This document shows, piece by piece, positions 28,611-40,608 of a stretch of DNA of 56,218 nt. Both the position numbers and the translations under genes were made by a program. The DNA is from Clostridia bacterium (GTDB lineage Bacteria > Bacillota > Clostridia > Oscillospirales > CAG-272). The notes under the pieces were generated by a model. That model worked only from the letters and a program-made list of their open reading frames with translations, ran no database searches and had not been told where the DNA came from. Location: assembly GCA_017547545.1 (NCBI GenBank), contig JAFYPJ010000038.1, positions 1-56,218 of the forward strand, in the 5' to 3' direction. Every line of letters begins with the position of its first letter. Positions within the stretch are counted from its first letter, which is position 1.

Positions 28611-29305
28611 TGAGATTAGATAAATTTTTATCCGAAACAAAAACCCTGTCCAGAACCGAAACGGCAAAGGCGGTAAAGCAGGGCATAATAACGGTCAATT
28701 CAAAGGTTGCCTTAAAGCCTAACTTACCCGTAAACGAGGAAACGGATATAATATGCGTTTCTGGGCGAATAATTGAATATAATAAATATCGGTATATAAT
28801 GCTGAACAAGCCTGAGGGCTATGTTTCTGCAACCGATGACAAAAGCGCTCCTTATGTTACACAGCTTTTAAGCGAGGATCTGCAGAAATTTGAGCTTTTT
28901 CCCGTGGGAAGGCTTGATAAATACACGGTAGGGCTTATGATCTTAACCGATGACGGCCGGCTTGCCCACCGTGTGCTTTCTCCAAAGCATCATGCCGAAA
29001 AAGTATATTATTTCAAATGCGAAAAGCCTCTTGAAAGAACAGAGGAATTAGAAGCGGGAGTACATATAGAAGGCGGTTATCTTACTAAGCCCTGTAAGGT
29101 AAAAAAGCTCTCCGAATTTGATGGAGAAATAACCCTGACCGAGGGAAAATACCACCAAATAAAGCAGATGCTTTATGCCGTTGGAAACAGGATAACCTAT
29201 CTTGAAAGGATCCGCTTTGCAGACATCCCCTTAGACACTTCTCTTGAACGGGGAAGGTGGAGATTTTTAACCGAAGATGAAATAGAAAAATTACGCAAAA
29301 TATAG
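28610..29305 (+). CDS. rsuA: RsuA/RluB-family pseudouridine synthase
   Basis: S4 domain (MRLDKFLSE...) and catalytic GRLDKYTVGLMILTDDG. TAATG overlap with the upstream gene. Confidence 0.85.
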   Translation: MRLDKFLSETKTLSRTETAKAVKQGIITVNSKVALKPNLPVNEETDIICVSGRIIEYNKYRYIMLNKPEGYVSATDDKSAPYVTQLLSEDLQKFELFPVGRLDKYTVGLMILTDDGRLAHRVLSPKHHAEKVYYFKCEKPLERTEELEAGVHIEGGYLTKPCKVKKLSEFDGEITLTEGKYHQIKQMLYAVGNRITYLERIRFADIPLDTSLERGRWRFLTEDEIEKLRKI

Positions 29306-29317
29306 AAAGAGGAAGAA

Positions 29318-31468
29318 ATGGATATTTTACAGACCTTATCAGAAGAATTTTCAATACCCATGAAAAGATTGGAGGATACCGTTGCTCTTATAGATGAAGG
29401 CAACACAATCCCCTTTATTGCAAGATACCGTAAAGAGGTTACGGGAAGTCTTGACGATACCGTGTTAAGAGGTCTATTTGATCGCCTTACCTACCTTCGT
29501 TCCCTTGAAGAAAGACGGGAAAAGGTACGCGAAACAATAGCAGAACAGGGCAAACTCACAGATGAAATAAGTCTTGCTCTTGATAACGCGGCAACCTTGA
29601 CCGAAATAGAGGATATTTACCGTCCTTTCAAACAAAAGAAAAAGACAAGGGCCGGTGTTGCCCGTGAAAAGGGCCTTGCTCCCTTGGCTGAGCTTATCTG
29701 TGAACAGCGTGAAAAATATGAACCCTCAATTATTGAAACTGCCGAGAGCTATATTGATGAAGAAAAGGGTATATCAAGTGCCAAAGAAGCTCTTGCAGGC
29801 GCAATGGATATTATTGCAGAGGATATTTCCGACAATGCGGAATTCCGTAAAGAGATCCGTGCAATAACCTTTGAATTCGGTTTTATTTCATCCTCTGCCG
29901 CAACCGAGGAAAGTACCGTATATGATATGTATTATGAATACCGTGAGCCTATCCGTAAAACTCCTTCACACCGTATTCTTGCCATGAACCGCGGTGAAAA
30001 AGAGGATATTTTAAAGGTAAAGGTAGAAATCGCAAAGGATGCTGTTCTCAATTATCTTTTCAAGGCGGCAGATATCAATATGTTTACAGAAGCCACCACC
30101 TATATGGCAAAGGCGGCTATAGACAGTTACGAAAGACTTATCGCTCCTTCCATTGAAAGAGAGATTCGTTCCGATCTTTTCGACGATGCATCCGAGGGTG
30201 CTATAAAGCTCTTTTCGGAAAACTTAAAAAATCTCCTTATGCAACCTCCCGTTAAGGGAAAAACTGCTCTCGGATTTGACCCGGGTTACCGTACAGGCTG
30301 TAAGCTTGCGGTGGTAGATAAAACAGGAAAAGTGCTTGATACAGCCGTTATATATCCCACCAAGCCTCAGGAAAGAATTGAGGAATCAAAACGTGTTATC
30401 AAGCGTCTTTGCGAAAAACACGGTATTGAAATAATTGCTATCGGTAACGGCACAGCCTCAAAGGAAAGTGAAATATTCATTGCAGGTCTTTTGCGCGAGC
30501 TTCCGGGTAAGGTACAGTATGCTATGGTAAGCGAAGCGGGAGCATCGGTTTATTCTGCTTCCGAAGCGGGTGCTGCTGAATTTCCAGATTTTGATGTTAC
30601 AGAGCGTTCCGCAGTTTCTATAGCAAGAAGATTGCAAAACCCCCTGGCAGAGTTAGTTAAAATAGATCCCAAGGCAATCGGTGTTGGGCAATATCAGCAT
30701 GATATGAAGCCTGCCCGTCTTGATGCGGCACTGGGAGGTGTTGTTGAGGACTGCGTTAACAGCGTTGGTGTTGATGTAAACACCGCGTCCTATTCCCTTC
30801 TTTCATACATTGCAGGTATCAATATGACCACCGCAAAAAATATCGTAAAATACCGCGAGGAAAACGGAGAATTCACAAAGCGTTCCCAGATATTAAAGGT
30901 ACCCAAGATAGGAGCCAAAGCATATCAACAGTGTGCAGGCTTTTTAAGAGTAGCTTCATCCTCCGAGATCCTTGATAATACCGGTGTTCATCCCGAATCC
31001 TATGATATTGCAAAAAAGCTTATCTCAAGATATGATTATACCTTAGACGATGTAAAGCAGAGCCGACTCTCCGAGCTTGGCAACAGGGTTCGTGCAGAAG
31101 GTGTGGCCAAGGTTGCTACAGAACTTGAATGCGGTGAACCTACATTACTTGACATTGTTGGCGAGCTTGAAAAACCGGGCAGAGATGTACGAGATTCCCT
31201 TCCCCAGCCGATTTTGCGCGAGGATGTTATGGGGCTTGAGGATCTTACCCCCGGTATGCTTATGACAGGAACGGTAAGAAATGTTATAGACTTCGGTGCT
31301 TTTGTTGATATTGGTGTTCATCAGGACGGATTAGTGCATATTTCTGAAATTTCGGATAAGTTTATCAAGCATCCGAGCCAGGTTCTCTCTGTTGGCGACA
31401 ATGTTCAGGTAAAGGTACTCTCTGTTGATACCAAAAAGGGGAGAATATCTCTTACAATGAAAATATAA
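29318..31468 (+). CDS. tex: Tex-like transcription accessory protein (YqgF, HhH, S1)
   Basis: IPFIARYRKE, LGFDPGYRTGCKLAVVD, and C-terminal S1 domain GTVRNVIDFGAFVDIGVHQDGLVHISE. Confidence 0.95.
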   Translation: MDILQTLSEEFSIPMKRLEDTVALIDEGNTIPFIARYRKEVTGSLDDTVLRGLFDRLTYLRSLEERREKVRETIAEQGKLTDEISLALDNAATLTEIEDIYRPFKQKKKTRAGVAREKGLAPLAELICEQREKYEPSIIETAESYIDEEKGISSAKEALAGAMDIIAEDISDNAEFRKEIRAITFEFGFISSSAATEESTVYDMYYEYREPIRKTPSHRILAMNRGEKEDILKVKVEIAKDAVLNYLFKAADINMFTEATTYMAKAAIDSYERLIAPSIEREIRSDLFDDASEGAIKLFSENLKNLLMQPPVKGKTALGFDPGYRTGCKLAVVDKTGKVLDTAVIYPTKPQERIEESKRVIKRLCEKHGIEIIAIGNGTASKESEIFIAGLLRELPGKVQYAMVSEAGASVYSASEAGAAEFPDFDVTERSAVSIARRLQNPLAELVKIDPKAIGVGQYQHDMKPARLDAALGGVVEDCVNSVGVDVNTASYSLLSYIAGINMTTAKNIVKYREENGEFTKRSQILKVPKIGAKAYQQCAGFLRVASSSEILDNTGVHPESYDIAKKLISRYDYTLDDVKQSRLSELGNRVRAEGVAKVATELECGEPTLLDIVGELEKPGRDVRDSLPQPILREDVMGLEDLTPGMLMTGTVRNVIDFGAFVDIGVHQDGLVHISEISDKFIKHPSQVLSVGDNVQVKVLSVDTKKGRISLTMKI

Positions 31469-31492
31469 TTTATAATTCAAGGAGAAATAAAT

Positions 31493-32245
31493 ATGGAAAG
31501 CAAGATCAGAGTAACAGTATGGAACGAATTCCGCCACGAAAAAGAGGGCGGTGCCGCACAGAAAGTGTATCCCAACGGTTTGCACGCAGTTATTAAAGAA
31601 TTTCTTGATAAAAACGATGATATGGAGGTTCGTCTTGCAGCACTTGACGATCCGGATCAGGGGCTTCCGGATGAGGTACTTAACAATACCGATGTTCTTC
31701 TCTGGTGGGGGCACTGCCACCATTGGGAGGTAAACGATGAGCTTGTTGAAAAGGTTCGTCAGCGCGTTTACCGTGAAGGTATGGGATTTATCCCCCTTCA
31801 TTCAGGACACCATTCCAAGCCCTTTAAGGCAATAGTTGGCTGTACGGGAGATCTTGAATGGGGCGACGGTGTAAAAGAGGTGGTATGGAATCTTAATCCC
31901 TCCCATCCCATTGCTGCAGGTATTCCCAAGGCATTTGAGCTTCCCGTTGAAGAGCTTTATTCCGAACCCTTTTTTGTACCCCAGCCCGACCAGCTGGTAT
32001 TCGGTTCCTGGTTTGAACAGGGTAATATCTTCCGTTCCGGCATCTGCTATTTCAGAGGACTCGGTAAGATATTCTACTTCCAACCCGGCCATGAGGAATT
32101 CCCCTCATTTTACAACGAGTATGTACAGAAAATAATTACAAATGCTGTTCGCTGGGCAAAGCCTGTCAACCGTGTTATCAAAGACGAATGTCCCTATGTT
32201 GGTACAGGTCTTTTTGATAAAACTCATGAGGAAAACAATATATAA
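31493..32245 (+). CDS. ThuA-domain protein (class-I glutamine amidotransferase-like fold), paralog 1
   Basis: IRVTVWNEFRHE...DVLLWWGH...GFIPLHSGHHSKPF...GKIFYFQPGHE. Confidence 0.75.
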   Translation: MESKIRVTVWNEFRHEKEGGAAQKVYPNGLHAVIKEFLDKNDDMEVRLAALDDPDQGLPDEVLNNTDVLLWWGHCHHWEVNDELVEKVRQRVYREGMGFIPLHSGHHSKPFKAIVGCTGDLEWGDGVKEVVWNLNPSHPIAAGIPKAFELPVEELYSEPFFVPQPDQLVFGSWFEQGNIFRSGICYFRGLGKIFYFQPGHEEFPSFYNEYVQKIITNAVRWAKPVNRVIKDECPYVGTGLFDKTHEENNI

Positions 32246-32324
32246 TTTTTTGCTATATTATTGACTTTAATGTATTTTTATGAGATAATATTACCAATAA
32301 ATAATTTCCCGGAGGAAAAAATAA

Positions 32325-33077
32325 ATGGCAGACAAGATCAGAGTAACAGTTTGGCATGAATACCGCCATGAAAGAAACACCGAGGGGGAGGCTTATAAGT
32401 GCTATCCCAACGGTATCCATGCAGTAATAAAGGATTTTCTTGATAAGAACGATGATATGGATGTTCGCATCGTTTGTCTTGACGATCCCGACCAGGGACT
32501 TCCCGATGAGCTTCTTAACAACACAGATGTACTTCTTTGGTGGGGACACGGCTTCCACGGTGAAGTAAATGATGAATTGGTTGATAAGATAGTTACCCGT
32601 GTTTACCGTCAGGGTATGGGCTTTATAGGTCTTCACTCTGCACACCATTCAAAGCCCTTCCGTAAGCTTCTCGGCTGTACCGGTAACCTTGAATGGGGCG
32701 ATAATATCAAGGAAGTTATATGGAACCTCAACCCCACACACCCCATTGCAGCAGGTATCCCCAAGGCGTTTGAGCTTGAAGCAGATGAGCTTTATTCAGA
32801 GCCCTTCTATATTCCCAAGCCTGACGATCTTATCTTCGGCGCATGGTTTGAACACGGTAATATATTCCGTGCAGGCTGTACATGGGCACGCGGCTTAGGT
32901 AAAATATTTTATTTCCAGCCCGGCCACGAAACCTGCCTTTCCTTCTACAACCCCTATGTTCAGAAGATCATTACAAATGCTGTTCGCTGGGCAAAGCCTG
33001 TTGAAGAGCCTATCGACGAAACCTGCCCTTATTCCGGCAAGGGATTCCTTGTTAGCGAAACAGTGCGTTTCGATTAA
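32325..33077 (+). CDS. ThuA-domain protein, paralog 2
   Basis: Same length and collinear with 31493..32245, roughly 70% identical by eye. Confidence 0.75.
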   Translation: MADKIRVTVWHEYRHERNTEGEAYKCYPNGIHAVIKDFLDKNDDMDVRIVCLDDPDQGLPDELLNNTDVLLWWGHGFHGEVNDELVDKIVTRVYRQGMGFIGLHSAHHSKPFRKLLGCTGNLEWGDNIKEVIWNLNPTHPIAAGIPKAFELEADELYSEPFYIPKPDDLIFGAWFEHGNIFRAGCTWARGLGKIFYFQPGHETCLSFYNPYVQKIITNAVRWAKPVEEPIDETCPYSGKGFLVSETVRFD

Positions 33078-33087
33078 TTAAAATCAT

Positions 33088-33128
33088 AAAAGGCAGTTTT
33101 TGCTCAAATCAAAAACTGCCTTTTATTA
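33088..33128 (+). terminator. Rho-independent terminator
   Basis: aaaaggcagttttt-gctcaaatc-aaaaactgcctttt followed by a T tail. Confidence 0.8.
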
Positions 33129-33129
33129 A

Positions 33130-36090
<2,961 letters not shown>

Positions 36091-36172
36091 TTTTTAAAAA
36101 GGTATTGATTTGTTCACTAAAAAAGAGTAAAATAACTGTATGTGAAAAAATTATTTAATAGGAGATAAAAAA

Positions 36173-37132
36173 ATGGCTTTAGTTACAACAAAAGAGATGT
36201 TCAAAAAAGCTTATGAAGGCGGATACGCTATCGGTGCTTTTAACATCAATAATATGGAAATAGTTCAGGCAATCACAGAAGCAGCAGGCGAGCTCAGATC
36301 TCCCGTTGTTCTTCAGGTTTCTGCAGGCGCACGCAAATATGCAAAGCAGGAATACCTCCTTGCACTTGCAAATGCTGCAATAAAAGACGCAGATATCGAC
36401 CTTGCTCTTCACCTTGACCACGGTGCAGACTTTGAAATTTGTAAGGCTTGTATCGACGGCGGCTTTACCTCAGTTATGATCGACGGCTCTCACCATTCTT
36501 TTGAAGACAACATTGCTCTTACCAAGAAGGTTGTTGAATATGCTCACGAACGCGGCGTAGTTGTTGAAGGCGAGCTTGGTGTTCTTGCAGGCGTTGAAGA
36601 TGATGTTGTTGCTGAGGATTCCACATATACCCGTCCCGAAGAGGTTGAAGAGTTTGTTGCCAAGACCGGTGTAGACTCTCTCGCTATCTCTATCGGTACT
36701 TCTCACGGTGCATACAAGTTCACACCCGCACAGTGCACAAGAAACGAAGAAGGCATCCTTGTTCCTCCCCCCTTGCGTTTCGACATTCTCGAAGAAATCG
36801 AAAAGAAGATCCCCGGATTCCCGATCGTTCTTCACGGTGCTTCTTCCGTTCCTCAGGAATATGTTAAGGAAATCAACTCTATCGGCGGTCAGCTCCCCGA
36901 TGCAGTAGGTATTCCCGAAGAACAGCTCAGAAAGGCTGCTTCCCTTGCAGTATGTAAGATCAATATCGACTCGGATATCAGACTTGCAATGACCGCAGGT
37001 ATCAGACGCGTTCTTACCGAACAGCCCGGTGTATTTGACCCCCGTACCTACCTCACCGTAGCTCGTGCAGAGGTTAAGAAGATGGTTGCTCATAAGATCG
37101 AAAACGTTCTCGGCAGCAAGAACACACTCTAA
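36173..37132 (+). CDS. fba: Class II fructose-1,6-bisphosphate aldolase
   Basis: GAFNINNME, LHLDHG, VMIDGSH, EGELG, ISIGTSHGAYKF, LHGASS. Confidence 0.95.
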   Translation: MALVTTKEMFKKAYEGGYAIGAFNINNMEIVQAITEAAGELRSPVVLQVSAGARKYAKQEYLLALANAAIKDADIDLALHLDHGADFEICKACIDGGFTSVMIDGSHHSFEDNIALTKKVVEYAHERGVVVEGELGVLAGVEDDVVAEDSTYTRPEEVEEFVAKTGVDSLAISIGTSHGAYKFTPAQCTRNEEGILVPPPLRFDILEEIEKKIPGFPIVLHGASSVPQEYVKEINSIGGQLPDAVGIPEEQLRKAASLAVCKINIDSDIRLAMTAGIRRVLTEQPGVFDPRTYLTVARAEVKKMVAHKIENVLGSKNTL

Positions 37133-37156
37133 GCGGTATAATACCAATTCAAAACC

Positions 37157-37183
37157 AAAGGCTGTCCAAGGACAGCCTTTTTA
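37157..37183 (+). terminator. Rho-independent terminator
   Basis: aaaggctgtcc-aa-ggacagccttttt. Confidence 0.8.
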
Positions 37184-37197
37184 CTTGGGGAGATATT

Positions 37198-37761
37198 ATG
37201 AAATCAATAGATATCCTCTGTGCCGATCTTCTGTATGCCGAAATGCTGAAATTGGAGCTTGAGAGGGCAGGATATTCTGCCCACATAGGAAGAAGCGCAA
37301 CACCCGATCTTATAATTTGCGACCTTGACACAAATGAAGCTGTTAAAGGTCCTTTTGTACTTACCTTCTCCAGGGATAAGGATGCACATCTTTGCCGTCC
37401 TTTTGATATAGAGGAGTTCTTATTGCTGGTTTCTCAAAAGCTTTCGGAGGAAGAGGTAACAGAAAACACAGAAATTAAAAAAAGCACTCTGTATGTATCC
37501 CCTTATGAAAGATACGCGGTATATAACAATGAAAACATAGAGCTGTCTGAGCTTGAACACCGTTTGCTTTTATATTTATACAACAATAAAAGCGCCGATA
37601 TAAACGAGCTTTCACTTAATGTGTTCGGTGAGGAGTCCAATCCTAATCTTGTAAGGGTTTATATAAATTATTTAAGGAAAAAAATTGATAACCGTTTCAA
37701 GGTAAGGCTTATAACAACAAAAAGAAACAAAGGCTACTGTTTAGGGGAGGATGTTCAATGA
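37198..37761 (+). CDS. Atypical OmpR/PhoB-type regulator: shortened, degenerate receiver plus winged-helix domain
   Basis: C-terminal trans_reg_C (LSELEHRLLLYLYNN...LVRVYINYLRKKID...ITTKRNKGYCL). The N-terminal receiver is only ~80 aa, lacks the acidic pair and has RPF where KPF is expected. Confidence 0.75.
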   Translation: MKSIDILCADLLYAEMLKLELERAGYSAHIGRSATPDLIICDLDTNEAVKGPFVLTFSRDKDAHLCRPFDIEEFLLLVSQKLSEEEVTENTEIKKSTLYVSPYERYAVYNNENIELSELEHRLLLYLYNNKSADINELSLNVFGEESNPNLVRVYINYLRKKIDNRFKVRLITTKRNKGYCLGEDVQ

Positions 37762-38882
37762 TTCTTATAAAAAATGCAAAGGTTCCCCAATCAAACAACA
37801 GGGTGATAAACCTTGATATACTTTATGATGAAGCAAAGGGAGAAATCATTGAAACCGGCCATGGATTAAACCATAATTCATCAACGCAAATAAATGCGGG
37901 CGGTGATTATATTTTACCTATGTTCACCGATATTTACACCCGTATTTGCTCTCCGGATGATGATATATCCACCGAAATGTGTGCAAAATGGGGCGGATAT
38001 TCGGATATTCTTGTTATATCGGATACAAAACACCAAACAGAATACTGTAATTTTCATACCGTTGATTCACTTAATATTTCATTACTTGAAAGTAATCATA
38101 CCCTTAACATCGAGGAATTAGAGAATTTTATGAAAAAAAGCGCGCAGGAAAACAGGCTGCTTATCGCTTCTCCTCAAAAAAATCCACTTTTCCAAAACAG
38201 CTGTGCAACCCGCGGCCGTACCGCATCACTTTTAAAGCTGCCTTGCGAACCCTCATATATTGAAGCCCGTTCGGTGTATGAATATATACTATTGGCAAAG
38301 GAAACAAATTGCAGACTTCACATAAGAGGCATATCAACAAAAGAAAGTATTGAACTGATAAAAAATGCAAAAAACAGCGGAGTTAAGTTAAGCTGCTCCA
38401 CCTCTCCCTGCTATTTTTCCTTTACTGATGAGGACACCGTTTTCATCGGCTCAAATGCAAAAGTCTACCCTCCATTGCGCTCTGCCGATGATAAAGCTGC
38501 TGTAATAAAAGCAATTTCCGACGGTACAATAGATTGTATTGATTCGGATCATACCCCCGTTTCAAGCGAGGGTAAGAGCTACAACATCATAGCCTCAACC
38601 GAAGGAGCCATAGGCCTGCAAACTGTTTTTTGCGCGGTTTGTACCTATCTTTTAATGCCCGGATATATTGATATTTTCCGCCTTTGCGAGTTATTGTGTC
38701 AAAATCCTTCAAAAATATTGGGTATTCAAAAGCCCGATTTTATAACAAAAGGAAAAATGTCATTTATACTTGCATCTGTTTCGGAGGATTTCATTTTAAC
38801 CAAAAGCAATCTTATTTCAAATGCAAAAAATTCGCCGTATATCGGAATGTCGCTATGCGGTAATATTAAAAATGTTTTTTAA
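37758..38882 (+). CDS. Dihydroorotase-like amidohydrolase-fold protein with a degenerate metal site
   Basis: DHOase-like layout (ILIKNAKV..., IDCIDSDHTPV, NPSKILGI). The HxH position reads DIYTR and the PHH position reads PCYF. ATGA overlap with the upstream regulator. Confidence 0.7.
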   Translation: MILIKNAKVPQSNNRVINLDILYDEAKGEIIETGHGLNHNSSTQINAGGDYILPMFTDIYTRICSPDDDISTEMCAKWGGYSDILVISDTKHQTEYCNFHTVDSLNISLLESNHTLNIEELENFMKKSAQENRLLIASPQKNPLFQNSCATRGRTASLLKLPCEPSYIEARSVYEYILLAKETNCRLHIRGISTKESIELIKNAKNSGVKLSCSTSPCYFSFTDEDTVFIGSNAKVYPPLRSADDKAAVIKAISDGTIDCIDSDHTPVSSEGKSYNIIASTEGAIGLQTVFCAVCTYLLMPGYIDIFRLCELLCQNPSKILGIQKPDFITKGKMSFILASVSEDFILTKSNLISNAKNSPYIGMSLCGNIKNVF

Positions 38883-38889
38883 ACAACAA

Positions 38890-38913
38890 AACCGCTCCCG
38901 GTTGGGAGCGGTT
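38890..38913. terminator. Bidirectional terminator hairpin; copy 1 of the repeat flanking the XRE/SLOG insert
   Basis: aaccgctccc-ggtt-gggagcggtt, T-rich on both sides. Confidence 0.8.
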
Positions 38914-39160
38914 ATTTAATTTCCTGCTCTAATTCATCGAATACTTCACTTGAAAAAAATTCTTTTATTGAAATATCTAAACCATCACAAATCTTTTTTA
39001 TAGATACTATCCCCGGATTTTTACTTTTTTCATTTAACATACTATAAACAGTTGAAGGCGGTATACCCGAAACATTAGCCAACTCATTTATTGCAATATC
39101 CCGTTCATTGCATAACTCTATTATTCTTTTTTCTACTGCTTCTTTAATATTCACAATCAT
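38912..39160 (-). CDS. XRE-family helix-turn-helix transcriptional regulator
   Basis: IELCNERDIAINELANVSGIPPSTVYSMLNEKSKNP...IKKICDGLDISIKEFF. Confidence 0.85.
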   Translation of the reverse strand: MIVNIKEAVEKRIIELCNERDIAINELANVSGIPPSTVYSMLNEKSKNPGIVSIKKICDGLDISIKEFFSSEVFDELEQEIK

Positions 39161-39168
39161 CCACCTTT

Positions 39169-39266
39169 ACGATATATCGTTAATATGATTTTAGACAAAT
39201 TTGCGATAAATCGTGTGGGATATATCGCAATTTCAAAAGAAACATGTTATAATTACGATATATCGT
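39169..39266. promoter_or_regulatory. Divergent promoter/operator region with repeated ACGATATATCGT palindromes
   Basis: Perfect 12-bp palindromes at 39169-39180 and 39255-39266. Degenerate copies gcgataaatcgt (39203-39214) and gatatatcgc (39219-39228). Extended -10 element tgtTATAAT at 39245-39253. Confidence 0.6.
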
Positions 39267-39287
39267 ATATTCCGAGGTGGTTTTATT

Positions 39288-39729
39288 ATGAAATGCACAT
39301 TTTTTGGACACAGAGATATTAAAAATCAAATCCATATTAAGAAAAAATTATCAGAGGTATTAAAAGATTTAATAGAAAATAAGGGCATCCGCACTTTTTA
39401 TGTTGGAAATAACGGGAGCTTTGATAGTTTGGTTCAACTAACACTCAAAGAACTAAAAAAAATTTCCGGATATTAAATACAATGTCGTATTGGCATATTT
39501 ACCTGTTAAAAAATATGAATATGAAACTGTAGATTATTCAAAAACCATTTTTCCGGAAGAGCTTGAAAATGCTGTGCCTGAATTCGCAATATGCAAAAGA
39601 AATGAATGGATGATAAATAATTCGGATTATGTAATCAGCTATGTAAATAAATCTTATGGTGGAGCAGCAAATTACAAACAAATGGCTCAAAGAAAAGGGC
39701 TTATAGTTATTGAGATAAATGATATTTGA
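39288..39729 (+). pseudogene. SLOG/DUF1273-family gene split by a frameshift in an A8 run
   Basis: ORF 39288..39476 (MKCTFFGHRDI...) and ORF 39490..39729 (...AICKRNEWMINNSDYVISYV...GGAANY...RKGLIVIEI) are two halves of one family. Removing one A from 39455-39462 gives the continuous read ...LKELKKFPDIKYNVVLAYLPVKK.... Confidence 0.75.
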
Positions 39730-39810
39730 TCAAAACGGCAAGTTGCCGCAACCAATTCCGCCCCAGCCTTTAATGACTAACCGTTTTTTAATCTCACGGG
39801 ATGAAGTAAA

Positions 39811-39833
39811 AACCGCCCCCAACGGGAGCGGTT
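39811..39833 (-). terminator. Terminator of the amino-acid ABC operon; copy 2 of the flanking hairpin
   Basis: aaccgccccc-aac-gggagcggtt with one stem mismatch. The T5 tail is on the minus strand. Confidence 0.7.
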
Positions 39834-39867
39834 TAAAAGTCAGGACTGAATATACCTAATGGCACTT

Positions 39868-40608
39868 TTATATAACTTTAGATAAGAACTCTTTGAGTCT
39901 CGGACTCTTGGGATTAGAGAAAAACTCTTCCGGAGAAGCGTCTTCGGCTATAACACCCTCATCTATAAATACAACTCTTGATGCAACCTCACGGGCAAAG
40001 CCCATTTCGTGAGTAACAACAACCATTGTCATACCGCTTTTGGCAAGATTCTTCATAACCTCAAGAACTTCACCTACCATTTCGGGGTCAAGGGCGGAGG
40101 TGGGCTCATCAAAAAGCATAACCTCAGGGTTCATGGCAAGAGCACGCACTATGGCAACTCTCTGCTTCTGACCGCCTGAGAGCTGTGAAGGATAAGAATT
40201 TGCTCTGTCTGCCAGGCCAACAACCTCTAACAGCTCCATAGCCTTCGCCTCGGCTTCTGCCTTAGACATTTTAAGGAGCTTTACAGGTCCGAGAGTCATA
40301 TTTTTAAGAACAGTCATGTGCGGAAAAAGATTAAACTGCTGGAAAACCATTCCCATCTTCTGACGGTGAAAATTTATATTTGTTGATGAAGAGGTAATAT
40401 CCCAATCCTTAAATAAAATCTTTCCGTTAGAAGGGAGCTCAAGAAGATTCAGACAACGCAAAAAGGTAGACTTACCGCATCCGGAAGGGCCGATGATTAC
40501 AACAACCTCTCCTTTTTTGATATCCGTGGTAATTCCTCTTAATACATGATTTTCGCCAAAATTCTTTTCAAGATTTTCGGTATGTATAATTACTTCATTA
40601 GTGCTCAC
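39868..40608 (-). CDS. Polar amino-acid ABC transporter ATP-binding protein (GlnQ-like)
   Basis: Walker [10 protein letters not shown], signature [15 protein letters not shown], Walker [13 protein letters not shown] place the start at GTG 40608 behind GGAGAGGAGG, overlapping the end of the permease gene. Confidence 0.9.
   Translation of the reverse strand: MSTNEVIIHTENLEKNFGENHVLRGITTDIKKGEVVVIIGPSGCGKSTFLRCLNLLELPSNGKILFKDWDITSSSTNINFHRQKMGMVFQQFNLFPHMTVLKNMTLGPVKLLKMSKAEAEAKAMELLEVVGLADRANSYPSQLSGGQKQRVAIVRALAMNPEVMLFDEPTSALDPEMVGEVLEVMKNLAKSGMTMVVVTHEMGFAREVASRVVFIDEGVIAEDASPEEFFSNPKSPRLKEFLSKVI

Noticed and set aside
31331-32648. Two similar antisense ORFs (31331..31801 and 32253..32648) that look conserved
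   Set aside because: Their similarity is a by-product of the ThuA gene duplication on the opposite strand, not evidence of coding.
36470-37147. 225-aa ORF antisense to fba
   Set aside because: It is a shadow ORF inside a highly conserved aldolase gene with no recognizable motifs.
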